Of a stretch of 57,948 nucleotides of DNA, positions 9,313 to 20,294 are shown one piece after another (the stretch's first letter is position 1; every line of letters starts with the position of its first letter). Position numbers and translations under genes: made by a program. Source of the DNA: an uncultured archaeon (GTDB lineage Archaea; Asgardarchaeota; Thorarchaeia; Thorarchaeales; Thorarchaeaceae); contig CAYYQL010000015.1 of the NCBI GenBank assembly GCA_964473825.1, forward strand, positions 1 to 57,948, in the 5' to 3' direction. The notes under the pieces are model-generated. The model had not been told where the DNA came from. It did not search any database and was given only the letters and a program-made list of their open reading frames with translations.

Positions 9313-10509
9313 ATGATTCATGATTGTGCTGTCATCGGAGCTGGACCAGCAGGCTCAACCTGTGCCCGCTATCTTGCTAAGAAGGGATTCTCAGTCATAC
9401 TCCTGGATCGTTACGAATTCCCCCGCGACAAACCTTGTGGGGGCGGATTCGCGTACAAGCTTCTCGATGAGTTCCCTTACCTGAGAAAGCACGAACCAGA
9501 ACTCATTGAGGGTATCTGCAAGGTGGGTGTGGTCCACTCACCAAATCGGAGGGTCATACTTCGTGGTCGGGTCGAGATGGCTGTTACACGCCGTAGTGTC
9601 TTCGATAATACTCTTGTACAAGAGGCGATAGATGCGGGGGCTGAACCTGCATTTGGAAAGCAGGCCAAAGATGTGGTCATCAAGCATGATGGTGTAACTA
9701 TCGAGTTGTCTTCAGGGAATACAGTCAGGTCCAGAGTCGTGGTTGGTGCAGACGGAGTCAACAGCGTGACTGCAAGAACCACTGGATTACACAGGAGATG
9801 GGCACACAATAGCGTGACACCCTGTCGCGTAGCCGAGGTGCCCATGGCAACAGATGAAATCGACAGAATCTATGGGATCGAGAGAGAATATCATTTTTTC
9901 GCGAACCTGGAAGGGCGACCGGGGTATGCTTGGATTTTTCCAAAGAGGAGTACCGTGAATCTTGGACTAGGTGTTGTCGCCACACACGCTTCAGGCCTTC
10001 CTTCGCAGTTCAATCGTTTTGTTGGATATCTAACGAGTCGAGGGATGTTAGACAAAGCCTTCAATCCGTCTGCTGCAAAGGGGGCACTTGTGCCAACTGG
10101 CGGCACTCTCGATAGAACATACACAGATAGATGCATCCTCATAGGGGACTCAGCAGGTTTTGTCAATCCTCTAACTGGTGGGGGAATCTCCTATGCAATG
10201 CACGCAGCAAGATATGCTGCTCATGTGATTGGCAATGCTCTTGAGTCAAGTGATGTTTCAGCGGACAGGTTATCAGAATATCAAGACCTGTGGTGGGAGG
10301 ACTTCGGAGGATTGCTGAATCAAATGGTCAAGGTTCAGAAGATTCTGACAAGCCCGTATACAGACCTTTTCTTTGAGATAGGTAAGCGAGACGAGAAGAT
10401 CCAAGAGATAGTCACATTATCCATGGCCGAATCCACAGAATCACGGACTGACACCAAACGCCTAGTTGCACGGACTCTCTGGGTCTGCCTACGAGAAGCA
10501 CTAACGTGA
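9313..10509 (+). CDS. Geranylgeranyl reductase family FAD-dependent oxidoreductase
   Basis: VIGAGPAGS, FPRDKPCGGG, VGADG, GYAWIFPK, IGDSAGFVNPLTGGGI. Confidence 0.93.
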   Translation: MIHDCAVIGAGPAGSTCARYLAKKGFSVILLDRYEFPRDKPCGGGFAYKLLDEFPYLRKHEPELIEGICKVGVVHSPNRRVILRGRVEMAVTRRSVFDNTLVQEAIDAGAEPAFGKQAKDVVIKHDGVTIELSSGNTVRSRVVVGADGVNSVTARTTGLHRRWAHNSVTPCRVAEVPMATDEIDRIYGIEREYHFFANLEGRPGYAWIFPKRSTVNLGLGVVATHASGLPSQFNRFVGYLTSRGMLDKAFNPSAAKGALVPTGGTLDRTYTDRCILIGDSAGFVNPLTGGGISYAMHAARYAAHVIGNALESSDVSADRLSEYQDLWWEDFGGLLNQMVKVQKILTSPYTDLFFEIGKRDEKIQEIVTLSMAESTESRTDTKRLVARTLWVCLREALT

Positions 10510-10673
10510 TGGTGTCTGTCAGGTTCACGCATAGGGGGTGTTCTGACGTCTAATTCAGGACACTCTGATCCTGAGATATGTTTCCATTACTCTCATCCAA
10601 AAGGAATAAAACAACCTGCAACCAATACGTGGCTATTAAGGTATAGAACCTCTAGGATGAGGAGAGAAGCAAA

Positions 10674-12350
10674 GTGGAAGAAAGACCATGGCACAAACAC
10701 TACGTTGGAGGAACTCCAGCGGAGATTGAGATTGATGACAGACCACTCTGGTGTCAGCTTGATGACGCAGTAAGAGATTTTCCAGACAATGTGGCGCTGT
10801 ATTTTGAAGGACTCGAGATGACCTATCGCGAAATAGGTGAACTCGTGGATAGAGCCGCGAATGGCTTCACCAAACTTGGTGTCAAGAAAGGAGATGTTGT
10901 GGCAATCATGCTCCCAAACTGCCCCCAGTTCGTCATTGCGTACTTCGGTGCCCTGAAAACAGGGGCAACTGTGACGCCGGTGAACCCTTTGAGTATGCCC
11001 AAGGAGCTTAGGATATACCTCCAGGATACGGCAGCTAAGACGATTGTCACGTTCAACTACTTTTACAAGATTGTCAATGCTGTAAGAGAAGAGAGCAATC
11101 TGGACAATGTCATAGTCACCGCCGCATGGGATCACATGAGTCCTATCAAGAGATTTCTAGCAGCAAAGCTAGTATATCGAAAGCAAATGAAGGACGTACC
11201 ACCCCTTGTTGAAGGGGATGTTGAGTGGCTTGATTTCCTTGAGGACACAGAGCCTGTTTCGCCAAAAGTTGAAATTGACTCGTCCAAGCATATTGCAGTC
11301 TATCAGTTCACGGGAGGTACAACAGGAATTCCAAAGGCTGCAATGCTGACGCATGATAATTTGAAAGCGAACTGCGCGCAGTGTGGAGCATGGATGGATT
11401 GGATGGCGGAGCGAGGAAAGGAAGTGTTTGTTGCGGCTCTGCCGCTTCAGCACATCTTCGGACAGACCGTTTCCATGAATCTGGCCATGTCCTGGGGTTG
11501 CGGGATGATTCTTGTACCCGACCCGCGCGATATCAAACACCTGCTGGAGCTTATTGACAAGCTAAAACCCACCTTCTTCCCCATCGTTGCGACACTTGCT
11601 ATCGCAATCTACTCTAGCGAGCATGTGGAGAAGTACGATATCACATCGTTGAAGCTTTCAATTGCCGGGGCTATGGCCCTTCCTGCAGAGGTAACGCGGA
11701 AATTCGAGGCGGCGACAAATTCAATTATTGTTGAGGGATATGGACTATCCGAAGCCTCACCAGTTACACACGCCAATCCGCTAGACAAGGACCTGAGAAA
11801 GATAGGTTCTATCGGGTTGCCATTTCCGAGCACAGACAGCAGGATTGTTGACCTCGATGATCGAAGCAAGGTTCTCCCACCCGGGGAGGTAGGCGAGCTT
11901 TCGGTCAAGGGTCCACAAGTCATGCAGGGATATCACAACCGTCCTGATGAAACGGCTGATGTTCTGACTGACGATGGATGGCTGTTCACAGGTGACATCG
12001 CGAAGATGGATGAGGACGGCTGGACATACATAGTCGATCGGAAAAAGGATCTGATCAATGCGAGCGGTTACAAGGTCTGGCCAAGAGATGTCGAAGAAGT
12101 GCTCTTCGAACATCCGAAGATCAGAGAAGCCGCTGTCGTTGGCGTTCCTGATGAAGTGAGAGGAGAAACCGTCAAGGCGTTTGTAGTTCTCGAAGAGGAA
12201 CAAGACTTGACCCTTGAGGATCTCAGAACCTTCTGCAAAGAGAAGATGGCGGTCTACAAGGTTCCCACGGATCTGGAGATAGTTGATACGCTACCCAAGA
12301 CTGCTGTTGGAAAAGTGCTGAGAAGAGAACTCAGAGAACAGGAAGACTAG
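10674..12350 (+). CDS. Long-chain-fatty-acid--CoA ligase (FadD-like)
   Basis: QFTGGTTGIPK, EGYGLSEASP, TGDIAKMDEDG, IVDRKKDLI, LPKTAVGKVLRR. Confidence 0.95.
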   Translation: MEERPWHKHYVGGTPAEIEIDDRPLWCQLDDAVRDFPDNVALYFEGLEMTYREIGELVDRAANGFTKLGVKKGDVVAIMLPNCPQFVIAYFGALKTGATVTPVNPLSMPKELRIYLQDTAAKTIVTFNYFYKIVNAVREESNLDNVIVTAAWDHMSPIKRFLAAKLVYRKQMKDVPPLVEGDVEWLDFLEDTEPVSPKVEIDSSKHIAVYQFTGGTTGIPKAAMLTHDNLKANCAQCGAWMDWMAERGKEVFVAALPLQHIFGQTVSMNLAMSWGCGMILVPDPRDIKHLLELIDKLKPTFFPIVATLAIAIYSSEHVEKYDITSLKLSIAGAMALPAEVTRKFEAATNSIIVEGYGLSEASPVTHANPLDKDLRKIGSIGLPFPSTDSRIVDLDDRSKVLPPGEVGELSVKGPQVMQGYHNRPDETADVLTDDGWLFTGDIAKMDEDGWTYIVDRKKDLINASGYKVWPRDVEEVLFEHPKIREAAVVGVPDEVRGETVKAFVVLEEEQDLTLEDLRTFCKEKMAVYKVPTDLEIVDTLPKTAVGKVLRRELREQED

Positions 12351-12554
12351 GTCAGTATAAGAGCGGCCAATGAATCACAAATTTGATTCACAAGGTGAAC
12401 GATGGGTATCTCCTGTCAAATGGAGGTACCCATTCCAGTCTTCTTTCTTCTGTCGTCATTCAACACGTCAACGACAGTAAGAGGCTGCAATCATCCCGTC
12501 AACTGTATTGCGGCAGGCAAATAATCACACCCGAGTCATTCGGTATTTTCTATG

Positions 12555-15500
12555 CTATCCATTCCATTCTCCAGGCAGCGATAGAGAGGCAAGCCGTTTC
12601 TTGACCATAAAAGCTACAAGGCCCATAATCGCTACACCACTCATGACCGGTATTGTAGATGCATCCATTGGAATTCTAAAGGAGGGCGAGTTCACAACCA
12701 CAACAAACGCCCTGCTGATATTATAGAGAACCGGTAGCCCCTGCAACGTGATATTCAGGATGTGCTGACTTTCCGACTCAAACTGATACCAAAGGTCGAG
12801 TGTTGAAGATGAGCCCACTCGAGCAGTCCATTCTTTCAACCATCCTCCATCTGGGCCATACAGGGTCACTTTGAGGGTTCCCTTCCAACCGGGTGATGTA
12901 CCTTCGACAAGAGTAACTACTTCTCCACTCCAATTGTATCCAACATCAGGAGAATCGGTGTTCTGCAGAGCCATGGTGACAATGGGGTCTATTACAATGG
13001 TTCCTTTGAACTGGACGGGAGAGTTGCGGTCAGAGCCGCCGTAAAGAATCTCCACAGAGTAGTTTCCTGCAGGCAGAAGTTCTATGAGAACCTGTATCTG
13101 CCCTCTCCTGTTGGTCTCGAACGAACTGCTCCTGACTAGTGTGCTATCGCACAGGAACCTGACTGTCACCAGTTCGTTGGCTACGTCCTTCAGTCCTGCA
13201 CTCACGTGAACAGAAATAGTCCCTGCCTGTGTGTATGTTACACGTTGTGGCATAGCAACATCTAGGGAGCTTTCATGACGTACAAGCAAGTCACAAGAGA
13301 GTAATGCTCCACTTACAAGCTTCTCTCCTTCGTATTCCACCTGAATGGAGTAGTTTCCGACTGAGCGAGGCGTGAATGATAGGATGGCCTGACCATCGTT
13401 CAGCTCGATCCGTGTCCTTGTGCTCATGAAACCACCATAGACCTCATCACCATCTGGGTCGTACACGCTGACCCAGACAGATCCATTGATTGCTTTATGC
13501 ATCGTGTCTTCCAAGCGGATCCTGAGCGTCTGCAGGTTGTTCACAATTCCATTTGCATCTGTATCAATAAGTTGTAGGAGCGATTTCGAAGTGACTGTAA
13601 AGGTCAGTGAAGCGCTGTTCCCAACTCGAGTCAAAGAGTTGTGGACAACCACGCTCAATGTGTAGTTCCCAACGGGAAGCCCTTGGAGAGCAATAAGGAA
13701 TGAACCGTTAAGGGATAGAAGATCCTGCAGGCTCAATTCTCCATCTGGCCCAATCAGTTCTATGCTAGTATCGAAAACTGAGACATTGAGCTCATGGCCC
13801 ACCTCGTCCACAATCGTAATGGAGATGTTCTCATTCTCGGCACGGTCCATCGTCTGCGGTGCTTCGCAATGAGGAATGGCCTGACCTAGGACAAACAGGT
13901 CATCTATTCCGGTACTACTCGGATGATAGTGTTCTGTTCCTTCGAAGCGAAAAATGATCGTGTAGAGTCCCATTCTCTCAGGCAAGATAATTATGGTTTC
14001 AGCTTCAACTGAATGCTGAATCGCAGACCCCGAGTCCACCATGCCACTGGTCACATGGTATACCTCGTATCGAATAGTACGTCCCTCAAGCGGGTTGCCG
14101 CCAGAGTCGGAGAGAAGGACAGATACATTCAATGGAACGAGACCTGCTACAACCTCTGCCCCGTCCCACGTTACGGTAATCTCAGTACCGTAACGGACAT
14201 TCACATTGACCTCGGCGTCCGAGGAAAGATATACTCCGAGTCCGTCAAAACTGGCATCGAGCGTCCAGACTCCCTGGCTGGTTAACTGCTTGCTCCACGT
14301 AACATGCCCAGTCTCGTTTGTCGTGAGCACGACCAAGAAGCTCTTTTCCAACCCGCGTAATTCGGCGTCCACCTCTTTCCCCACGAGTGGATGTCCAGCA
14401 TAGTCAACGAGCTGGAGGGTTGTGTCAAAGACATCGCCTACTTCAAGCTCTGCTGAGTATTCAACTACGGTCAGTTGCGTCGCAGCGTAGATGATCAGGT
14501 CTCTGTCCTCGTTGAATGCATAGATGGTGCTGGAACCTTCATATGAAACCCCTATCTCATGGAGACCAGCGTGCTGCGGACTGAAAACAAAGGTGCCTCT
14601 TCCCTCACTTATTGGCACCGAAATCCAGTTGTAATAAGACCCCAACTTCAGCAATACTCCGTAGGGATCTGTAACTGTGACCCTTACGCTGATATCAGAG
14701 ACTGGCAACCCGAGCTCGTTCTCAATAGATATGGTCATGTTGACTTCGCTCGTCACAATCGGGGGTGGGCTTACAGTATCAACGGATAGACTACACTCTG
14801 TCACCACAGCGATGTTGGATTGGCTTGCTCCGCCAAGCATGAAATCGTCAGAGGGTGTAGCCCGAACCGTGAAGAAACCATGATTCTCTTGAGCCGTATA
14901 CGACACTTCAGCATAGCCCGTAGTATTTGTCATTGCATTCTCCGACCAGACGGGCACAAGGTCTGTACCCAGGACTTCGAAAGTGATACTGATACCCTCT
15001 GGAGCCTGAGCAGAAAGGATGTAGAACAGTGTGATGGTGTCGAAGATATCCATCGTCGATGCTGATGTGCCAAGAGAACCTGATACGGTCTCCATCACTG
15101 ATATACTAGAACTGGTGGAGTTGTAGAGGTAGTAGACATCGCCTGTGTGAGTGAGTGTGACGGTCGCACTGCCTCTGGCATCAGGAGTCCAAGATAAGGT
15201 CAACAGCCCATCGCTTGAAACTCGACCGGCCTGAAAGACAACCTCTCCGGCCACTGAGATACTGATTGCCAAGTCCCTCCCGGCGATATAAGACCCAGAG
15301 GGATCTAGAAGACCGACATGGATAGCAAAGGCTTCTCCGAGATGGGCTGTTGTGTCATGTAGTAGTAGAACGTCTGGAGTAACACGTACACGCTGAACGT
15401 TGGTAACCGCATCTGCTGCATTCAGTCCCTCTCCGGCATAGCAGGCGCCGACAAGATAGTCGCCCACCGATTCGAAGGTATGGGCAATGCTGCAAGTGCC

Positions 15501-18500
15501 ACCACTACCTGTGGTTCTTGTGGTGTTCCTAACGACTGTCCCGTTGGGATGGGTAACAGTGAATCGGACTGTTGCACCCAAGATGGGCTGACCGTTCCAG
15601 TCGAGCAGGGTTGCCTGAATGCCGAGACTCGAACATTGCGTTATCGGCGTCGGACTCGTGGCAAGAGTGAGGTCTGTCTGTCCCAGAACCGTGTCGTGCT
15701 CTTCGTGACTGAAACCAAGCAAGAATCCTTGATCATCAACAATAACAGCTATGGAGATATCACCGACATTGTCTAGCACAATGTCAAATGCTACCTGTCC
15801 ATTGATGTCTGTCGTGTTCGTGCTGTCAAGGATGGTATTCGATGCAAGGTTGATAATAATCTGGAACTGGACGGTAGGTACTCCAGTGTTGCTGGTGTCA
15901 GATATCGTCACAGTGAGAAGGTTGGGGGCTATCGCAAGCAAGCCAGACGCCCAACTCAGCGTCAGGGCGGTCTGTTCGAACACGCCGATAATTTCTGAAA
16001 CCTCTGCAGCTTCGTATACATCCTGTCGAGAGCTATTGACATGAATCTGATACTGCCCATGTGACAGAGGTGCCCAAAGCAATGAGAAAGTGCCGTTCTC
16101 TGTGATGTCTTCCACTACTAATTCTGGAGACCCTAGGGGGTCATAGAAGACGATGTGTATTGCGAGTCCCGATATCGGTTGGCTCTGATAGTCGACCGCG
16201 GTCACGGTCACAGTGCTCGACTCCCCAACTTCCGCATACGGTACATCAACCGCCAAACTCACAGACATGTAAGCATCTGTCGAAGTCACGTTGTAAGACG
16301 GAGCAAGGCTCTGCGTTCCGACGTACTCAGCCGATACTTCGTAGGTTCCTGGCGAAGGTGGTGACCAATACCACGATACCTGACCACTGGTATCGGTCAC
16401 CAGAGTCTCCTCCAGCAGTGTGGTCGATGGTAACAAGACGATTCGCAGGACGACGTCTTCTCCCTGTATTGGAGCCCCAATGGAGTCGCACAGAAGCAGA
16501 TCGATCTGCATGGGTTCCTCCACAAGACTCGCTGAGGGTATACCATCCAGAGAGAGGCGTGTGAGGCTGAAAGAGATGACCTCTGTCAGGGCAGAGGTGG
16601 ACCGCAGAAGGGGTGAACCTGGGAACAACGCATAGAGCGTATAATTTCCATTGAGATCAAGGTTCAAGTGAACCTCTGCGTGCCCAGTGGCGTTTGTGGT
16701 CAGCATGATGTCCATGACTCGACTCCCAAGCGGGTCATCGACTGTGAGATCTAGATCCATCTCTATGAGAGGTTCCCCGTTGTCAGTGGTGAGAAGGAGA
16801 ATGAGAGTAGCAGTTTCGTACTGAGTGTGGGTGTCGGAACCGATCCAGTAGAGCTCCGTGGCCTGTTCGACACGGATCTCACCTTGTGCTGAAGAGGACA
16901 TCAGAGTACCGTTTCTCTTGAAGCTTAGCACATAAGAGTAGTTGCCCCGTTCATCAGGTGTCCACAAGAACTGCTCCGTTCCAGAAGCAGTGGTAAGACC
17001 GTCTGTGTGGACAACTCCGTCCTCTGAGTCGGTAATCTCGATGGTAACCATCTGGCCTACAATCTCAGTGTCATTGGAAGAGAAACGTAGGTCAAATGAG
17101 ATAGAGATCTGTGTGCCAACCTCGCCGGTCTTGTGGTCAGAATGCTCGATGTAGGTCTCGATACCCTCTGCAACTGAAACGACCCTCTGAAACACAAGTT
17201 CAGCACAGAACTCTCTTCTCACGGTCACTGTGAGGTTGTGATTGCCAGCGCCGATGCCTGTGGTGGGAATCGAGAAGTCCATGGGGCTCACGCGCGTGTA
17301 AGTCCACTGCTCGTAGACAGGTGGATCTCCAAGCCTGATTATTACATCACACTGGCCAGCATCATCACCGGTAACCAATGTCCACGAAACGGTTCCATTG
17401 ATTGAGTCGCCAACTAGGTAGTCCGTTTCCGGTAAGGTCAACTGCCCCGACAGAGAACTCGTGACATTCACTGCTAGCCGAGCAAAATCGCGTGTAACAA
17501 ATTGATCCCACAGAGTCAGTGAGATATTCCAGATGCCGAGTGAACTAGCTTCAGACGGCACATTGATAGACAGGGTATCGATATCTTCCACAACATACTG
17601 ATTCATGCTACCGAAGGCATCAACAATGACTGTGTGGTCAGATGCTGTTGGCGAGATGGACACGGTGATCTCTAGATGATCCCCCAACTCGACTGTTGAA
17701 GGACAAGAAACGCTCAAAGAACCCCCAACGGGTTGCAGCCAACGGCTCCTAAGACCGAGTATGCTCACCATCTCCAGAACGTCTGCAGTAAATGCCGGTT
17801 GCCATTCAGTTGTACCATTCAACCATCCGCTTTCGAAGTTCGACGAGAGGGCTCCCAGCACCAGACCAGTGTCAAACACACTCAGGTCGGAGAAAGAGAG
17901 GAAACCAGATGTGACTAGGAGAGAAACACTTGCGACATCCCTGCTGAGAGCCCAGAGGTCCTCGTACTGTACTCGAGCACTAATGGTAGAATGAATCTCG
18001 GAAGCCATGGCCTCATCAACGAGCTGTAGTCGGAGTGCGGCTCGAATTGATAGATAATCGATAGCCTCCTGTTGCATCGCGAAAGGACGAAGACTCCATC
18101 CTGTTGTTGACCATGAGCCGGATTCGTATTCATCCATGATGGCATTTTCGAGGGCCGCGAGATATGTGACAGAATCAAGTGCGCCAATGATATGCAAAGC
18201 CTCAACTGCGGCAACAGAGTGCTCCATATGTGCCGTTCCTGAGAAGCTTGTCGGCCGAAAGTGACCTGAGAAGTGCTGGCAGTTCACAATGTAGTTCGCA
18301 ATCTCCGACTTCTCGGAACCTGAAAGTGGATAGCCGATGGCCTGTGCCGTTCCAGCCTTGAAGTAGTGGGTCCAGACACTCTGTTGGCGATATTGATAGA
18401 AATCATACTCGGGTGATGAGATGGCTGTGATGTTGTTCCAACCAGGATATATCTGCCCTGAGAGCAGCGATAGGTAGTCGTATAGTGCTGAGATGTTTGA

Positions 18501-20294
18501 CATCCCCGAGTCAATATGCATAAGACCACGGCTCGACCAATAAGACCACATACTGCTTGGAACGCGATCGAGGAGTTCGAATCCGTTTTCAGTTTCAATG
18601 GTCCCCAGATAGCCAGCGATTCGTGATGCTTTGTCAGAAGTTTCTTCTTCAAGCTGGTACAGACAGCTGGCTACCATAGCGGTTTCAGCGGACTTTCCGA
18701 TGATGTCGGTAGAGGCATCAGAGATTCCAAAACCACCACAATCCAGTTGATTGGTAGCTATCCAGTCAAGACCTTCGGTCTTGTTCTCAGTATCGAGTGT
18801 ATTCAGGATTGCCATCGCCGTCAGGGCAGAGGTAGTTCCCTTCAGTAGTTCGACGTCACCGCCGACCACATTACTATACGACCCATCACCTCGACTCATT
18901 CGGGTCTGAATCCAGTAAGTGAGTTTTACAGGATCATCATGAACCTCACCGAAGCAAGCCAATGAAAGGAGGTAAGCTCTTGCATATTCAGTCTTGGGAA
19001 CAGCGCTATCGGGGTTCAGCGCGACCCCTCCCCAATAGTCAGGATTGGATGTGTCAGAGCCTGATACCACACAGGCACGGAGCCATGTCTCGAGTGTCAC
19101 AGTATTGATGCTAGATAAGTGGCCAGACCAGTTCAATGCTTCCACTGCAAGATGCGTCTTGAGCACACTATCTTGGAATCCTCCACCAGCATCCTGTCTA
19201 CTGGTTATGTATGTCAAAATCTCAGGTATGTCGAATTGTGCCTCGATACCCATGGTTGAGATGACCCACAGTGCCATGCTAGTTGCACTGAGGGAAACCG
19301 CCTTATCGTACGAGTCGCAGAAACCCGTTTCAAGGTCATAGCTCTGTCTGAAGCGCTCCAGAATAGCACTCACCTTAGCTGCTCTCTCTGACGCCCAAAC
19401 TCCAAAAGTGGTGTTTAATCTGAATGCGGATCTCACAGCATAGTAAACACCAGAAACGGTGGGCTCGTGAGGATACCAGAGACCTCCAGTGACAGGTTCG
19501 TTGAGAACCTGCGTGGATGCCAAAGCCGAGGCTACTTCAGACTCTCCTAAGGAGAGAGCATAGGCAATAGTGTTAACCAGTAAACCAAAACCATCCTCTG
19601 TCCAGTGGTCAGGGTTCTCAGGGCCGAACAGGAACAGGTCTAAGGGGAATGACTCGTATCGAAGCGGGGCAATGCCGGAGCTAGTCCCTGCAGTAAGATT
19701 AACCACACGTCCTTGTGCTGCTTGCACATCAGGAACCGGAAGGGCCACGCTCTCCCAAGTCAAAATCGCTCCAATAGAAAGCGAGTCAGGGCTTGATAGG
19801 AAGACCGCGCTGCCATGATCGAAAGATGCCTCTAGAGTCGTATGGAGTGGTGCTGTCGCAGATGCATCTTCGGACTCTCTGATACGGGAATGAAGCCAAG
19901 CGGCTCTTCCAAGGGTTATACAAGGAACATGGAGCCTGCGAAGAAGGGTGATGAATGTGCCCGTAACCAGTGTTCCGTTCTCTGAACCGAGAGAACCGTC
20001 AAGAATGACAAGGGATCCGGTGAGAAGGGACGGGTCAGCAACGATGTCAGAGACTGTAGATTCAGCCACAATCATGCCCCGTTCTCTGAGTAGCTCCGTA
20101 ACCTCACTACCATGATTCGATATTGCACCATCGTTTAGAGATACCACCAAGATGAGTCCTGATCCCTCACCACTCTCCGATAGGGCCGGTTCTCTGAACC
20201 GAGGAGAGGAGCCCACTTCACTCAACCCTTCATCTGGGTTGGAAAATGGAATCAAGAACAGCAGAAGAACAAGGCAGAGTACTATGCGTTTCAC
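12555..20294 (-). CDS. Giant (2579 aa) cell-surface protein: signal peptide, prenyltransferase/squalene-cyclase-type alpha/alpha-barrel repeats, long run of Ig-like beta domains, C-terminal TM anchor
   Basis: N-terminal MKRIVLCLVLLLFLIP; repeats YITSRQDAGGGF, WIATNQLDCGGFG, YIVNCQHFSGHF; many ~100-aa units with D..G.PI.G, TTN.TG and G.Y.....Y.G; C-terminal VMSGVAIMGLVAFMVKKR. Confidence 0.88.
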   Translation of the reverse strand: MKRIVLCLVLLLFLIPFSNPDEGLSEVGSSPRFREPALSESGEGSGLILVVSLNDGAISNHGSEVTELLRERGMIVAESTVSDIVADPSLLTGSLVILDGSLGSENGTLVTGTFITLLRRLHVPCITLGRAAWLHSRIRESEDASATAPLHTTLEASFDHGSAVFLSSPDSLSIGAILTWESVALPVPDVQAAQGRVVNLTAGTSSGIAPLRYESFPLDLFLFGPENPDHWTEDGFGLLVNTIAYALSLGESEVASALASTQVLNEPVTGGLWYPHEPTVSGVYYAVRSAFRLNTTFGVWASERAAKVSAILERFRQSYDLETGFCDSYDKAVSLSATSMALWVISTMGIEAQFDIPEILTYITSRQDAGGGFQDSVLKTHLAVEALNWSGHLSSINTVTLETWLRACVVSGSDTSNPDYWGGVALNPDSAVPKTEYARAYLLSLACFGEVHDDPVKLTYWIQTRMSRGDGSYSNVVGGDVELLKGTTSALTAMAILNTLDTENKTEGLDWIATNQLDCGGFGISDASTDIIGKSAETAMVASCLYQLEEETSDKASRIAGYLGTIETENGFELLDRVPSSMWSYWSSRGLMHIDSGMSNISALYDYLSLLSGQIYPGWNNITAISSPEYDFYQYRQQSVWTHYFKAGTAQAIGYPLSGSEKSEIANYIVNCQHFSGHFRPTSFSGTAHMEHSVAAVEALHIIGALDSVTYLAALENAIMDEYESGSWSTTGWSLRPFAMQQEAIDYLSIRAALRLQLVDEAMASEIHSTISARVQYEDLWALSRDVASVSLLVTSGFLSFSDLSVFDTGLVLGALSSNFESGWLNGTTEWQPAFTADVLEMVSILGLRSRWLQPVGGSLSVSCPSTVELGDHLEITVSISPTASDHTVIVDAFGSMNQYVVEDIDTLSINVPSEASSLGIWNISLTLWDQFVTRDFARLAVNVTSSLSGQLTLPETDYLVGDSINGTVSWTLVTGDDAGQCDVIIRLGDPPVYEQWTYTRVSPMDFSIPTTGIGAGNHNLTVTVRREFCAELVFQRVVSVAEGIETYIEHSDHKTGEVGTQISISFDLRFSSNDTEIVGQMVTIEITDSEDGVVHTDGLTTASGTEQFLWTPDERGNYSYVLSFKRNGTLMSSSAQGEIRVEQATELYWIGSDTHTQYETATLILLLTTDNGEPLIEMDLDLTVDDPLGSRVMDIMLTTNATGHAEVHLNLDLNGNYTLYALFPGSPLLRSTSALTEVISFSLTRLSLDGIPSASLVEEPMQIDLLLCDSIGAPIQGEDVVLRIVLLPSTTLLEETLVTDTSGQVSWYWSPPSPGTYEVSAEYVGTQSLAPSYNVTSTDAYMSVSLAVDVPYAEVGESSTVTVTAVDYQSQPISGLAIHIVFYDPLGSPELVVEDITENGTFSLLWAPLSHGQYQIHVNSSRQDVYEAAEVSEIIGVFEQTALTLSWASGLLAIAPNLLTVTISDTSNTGVPTVQFQIIINLASNTILDSTNTTDINGQVAFDIVLDNVGDISIAVIVDDQGFLLGFSHEEHDTVLGQTDLTLATSPTPITQCSSLGIQATLLDWNGQPILGATVRFTVTHPNGTVVRNTTRTTGSGGTCSIAHTFESVGDYLVGACYAGEGLNAADAVTNVQRVRVTPDVLLLHDTTAHLGEAFAIHVGLLDPSGSYIAGRDLAISISVAGEVVFQAGRVSSDGLLTLSWTPDARGSATVTLTHTGDVYYLYNSTSSSISVMETVSGSLGTSASTMDIFDTITLFYILSAQAPEGISITFEVLGTDLVPVWSENAMTNTTGYAEVSYTAQENHGFFTVRATPSDDFMLGGASQSNIAVVTECSLSVDTVSPPPIVTSEVNMTISIENELGLPVSDISVRVTVTDPYGVLLKLGSYYNWISVPISEGRGTFVFSPQHAGLHEIGVSYEGSSTIYAFNEDRDLIIYAATQLTVVEYSAELEVGDVFDTTLQLVDYAGHPLVGKEVDAELRGLEKSFLVVLTTNETGHVTWSKQLTSQGVWTLDASFDGLGVYLSSDAEVNVNVRYGTEITVTWDGAEVVAGLVPLNVSVLLSDSGGNPLEGRTIRYEVYHVTSGMVDSGSAIQHSVEAETIIILPERMGLYTIIFRFEGTEHYHPSSTGIDDLFVLGQAIPHCEAPQTMDRAENENISITIVDEVGHELNVSVFDTSIELIGPDGELSLQDLLSLNGSFLIALQGLPVGNYTLSVVVHNSLTRVGNSASLTFTVTSKSLLQLIDTDANGIVNNLQTLRIRLEDTMHKAINGSVWVSVYDPDGDEVYGGFMSTRTRIELNDGQAILSFTPRSVGNYSIQVEYEGEKLVSGALLSCDLLVRHESSLDVAMPQRVTYTQAGTISVHVSAGLKDVANELVTVRFLCDSTLVRSSSFETNRRGQIQVLIELLPAGNYSVEILYGGSDRNSPVQFKGTIVIDPIVTMALQNTDSPDVGYNWSGEVVTLVEGTSPGWKGTLKVTLYGPDGGWLKEWTARVGSSSTLDLWYQFESESQHILNITLQGLPVLYNISRAFVVVVNSPSFRIPMDASTIPVMSGVAIMGLVAFMVKKRLASLSLPGEWNG

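Noticed and set aside
12555-20294. Alpha-2-macroglobulin/thioester protein or true squalene cyclase
   Set aside because: No CGEQ thioester or DxDD cyclase motif was seen; only the generic barrel repeats are supported.
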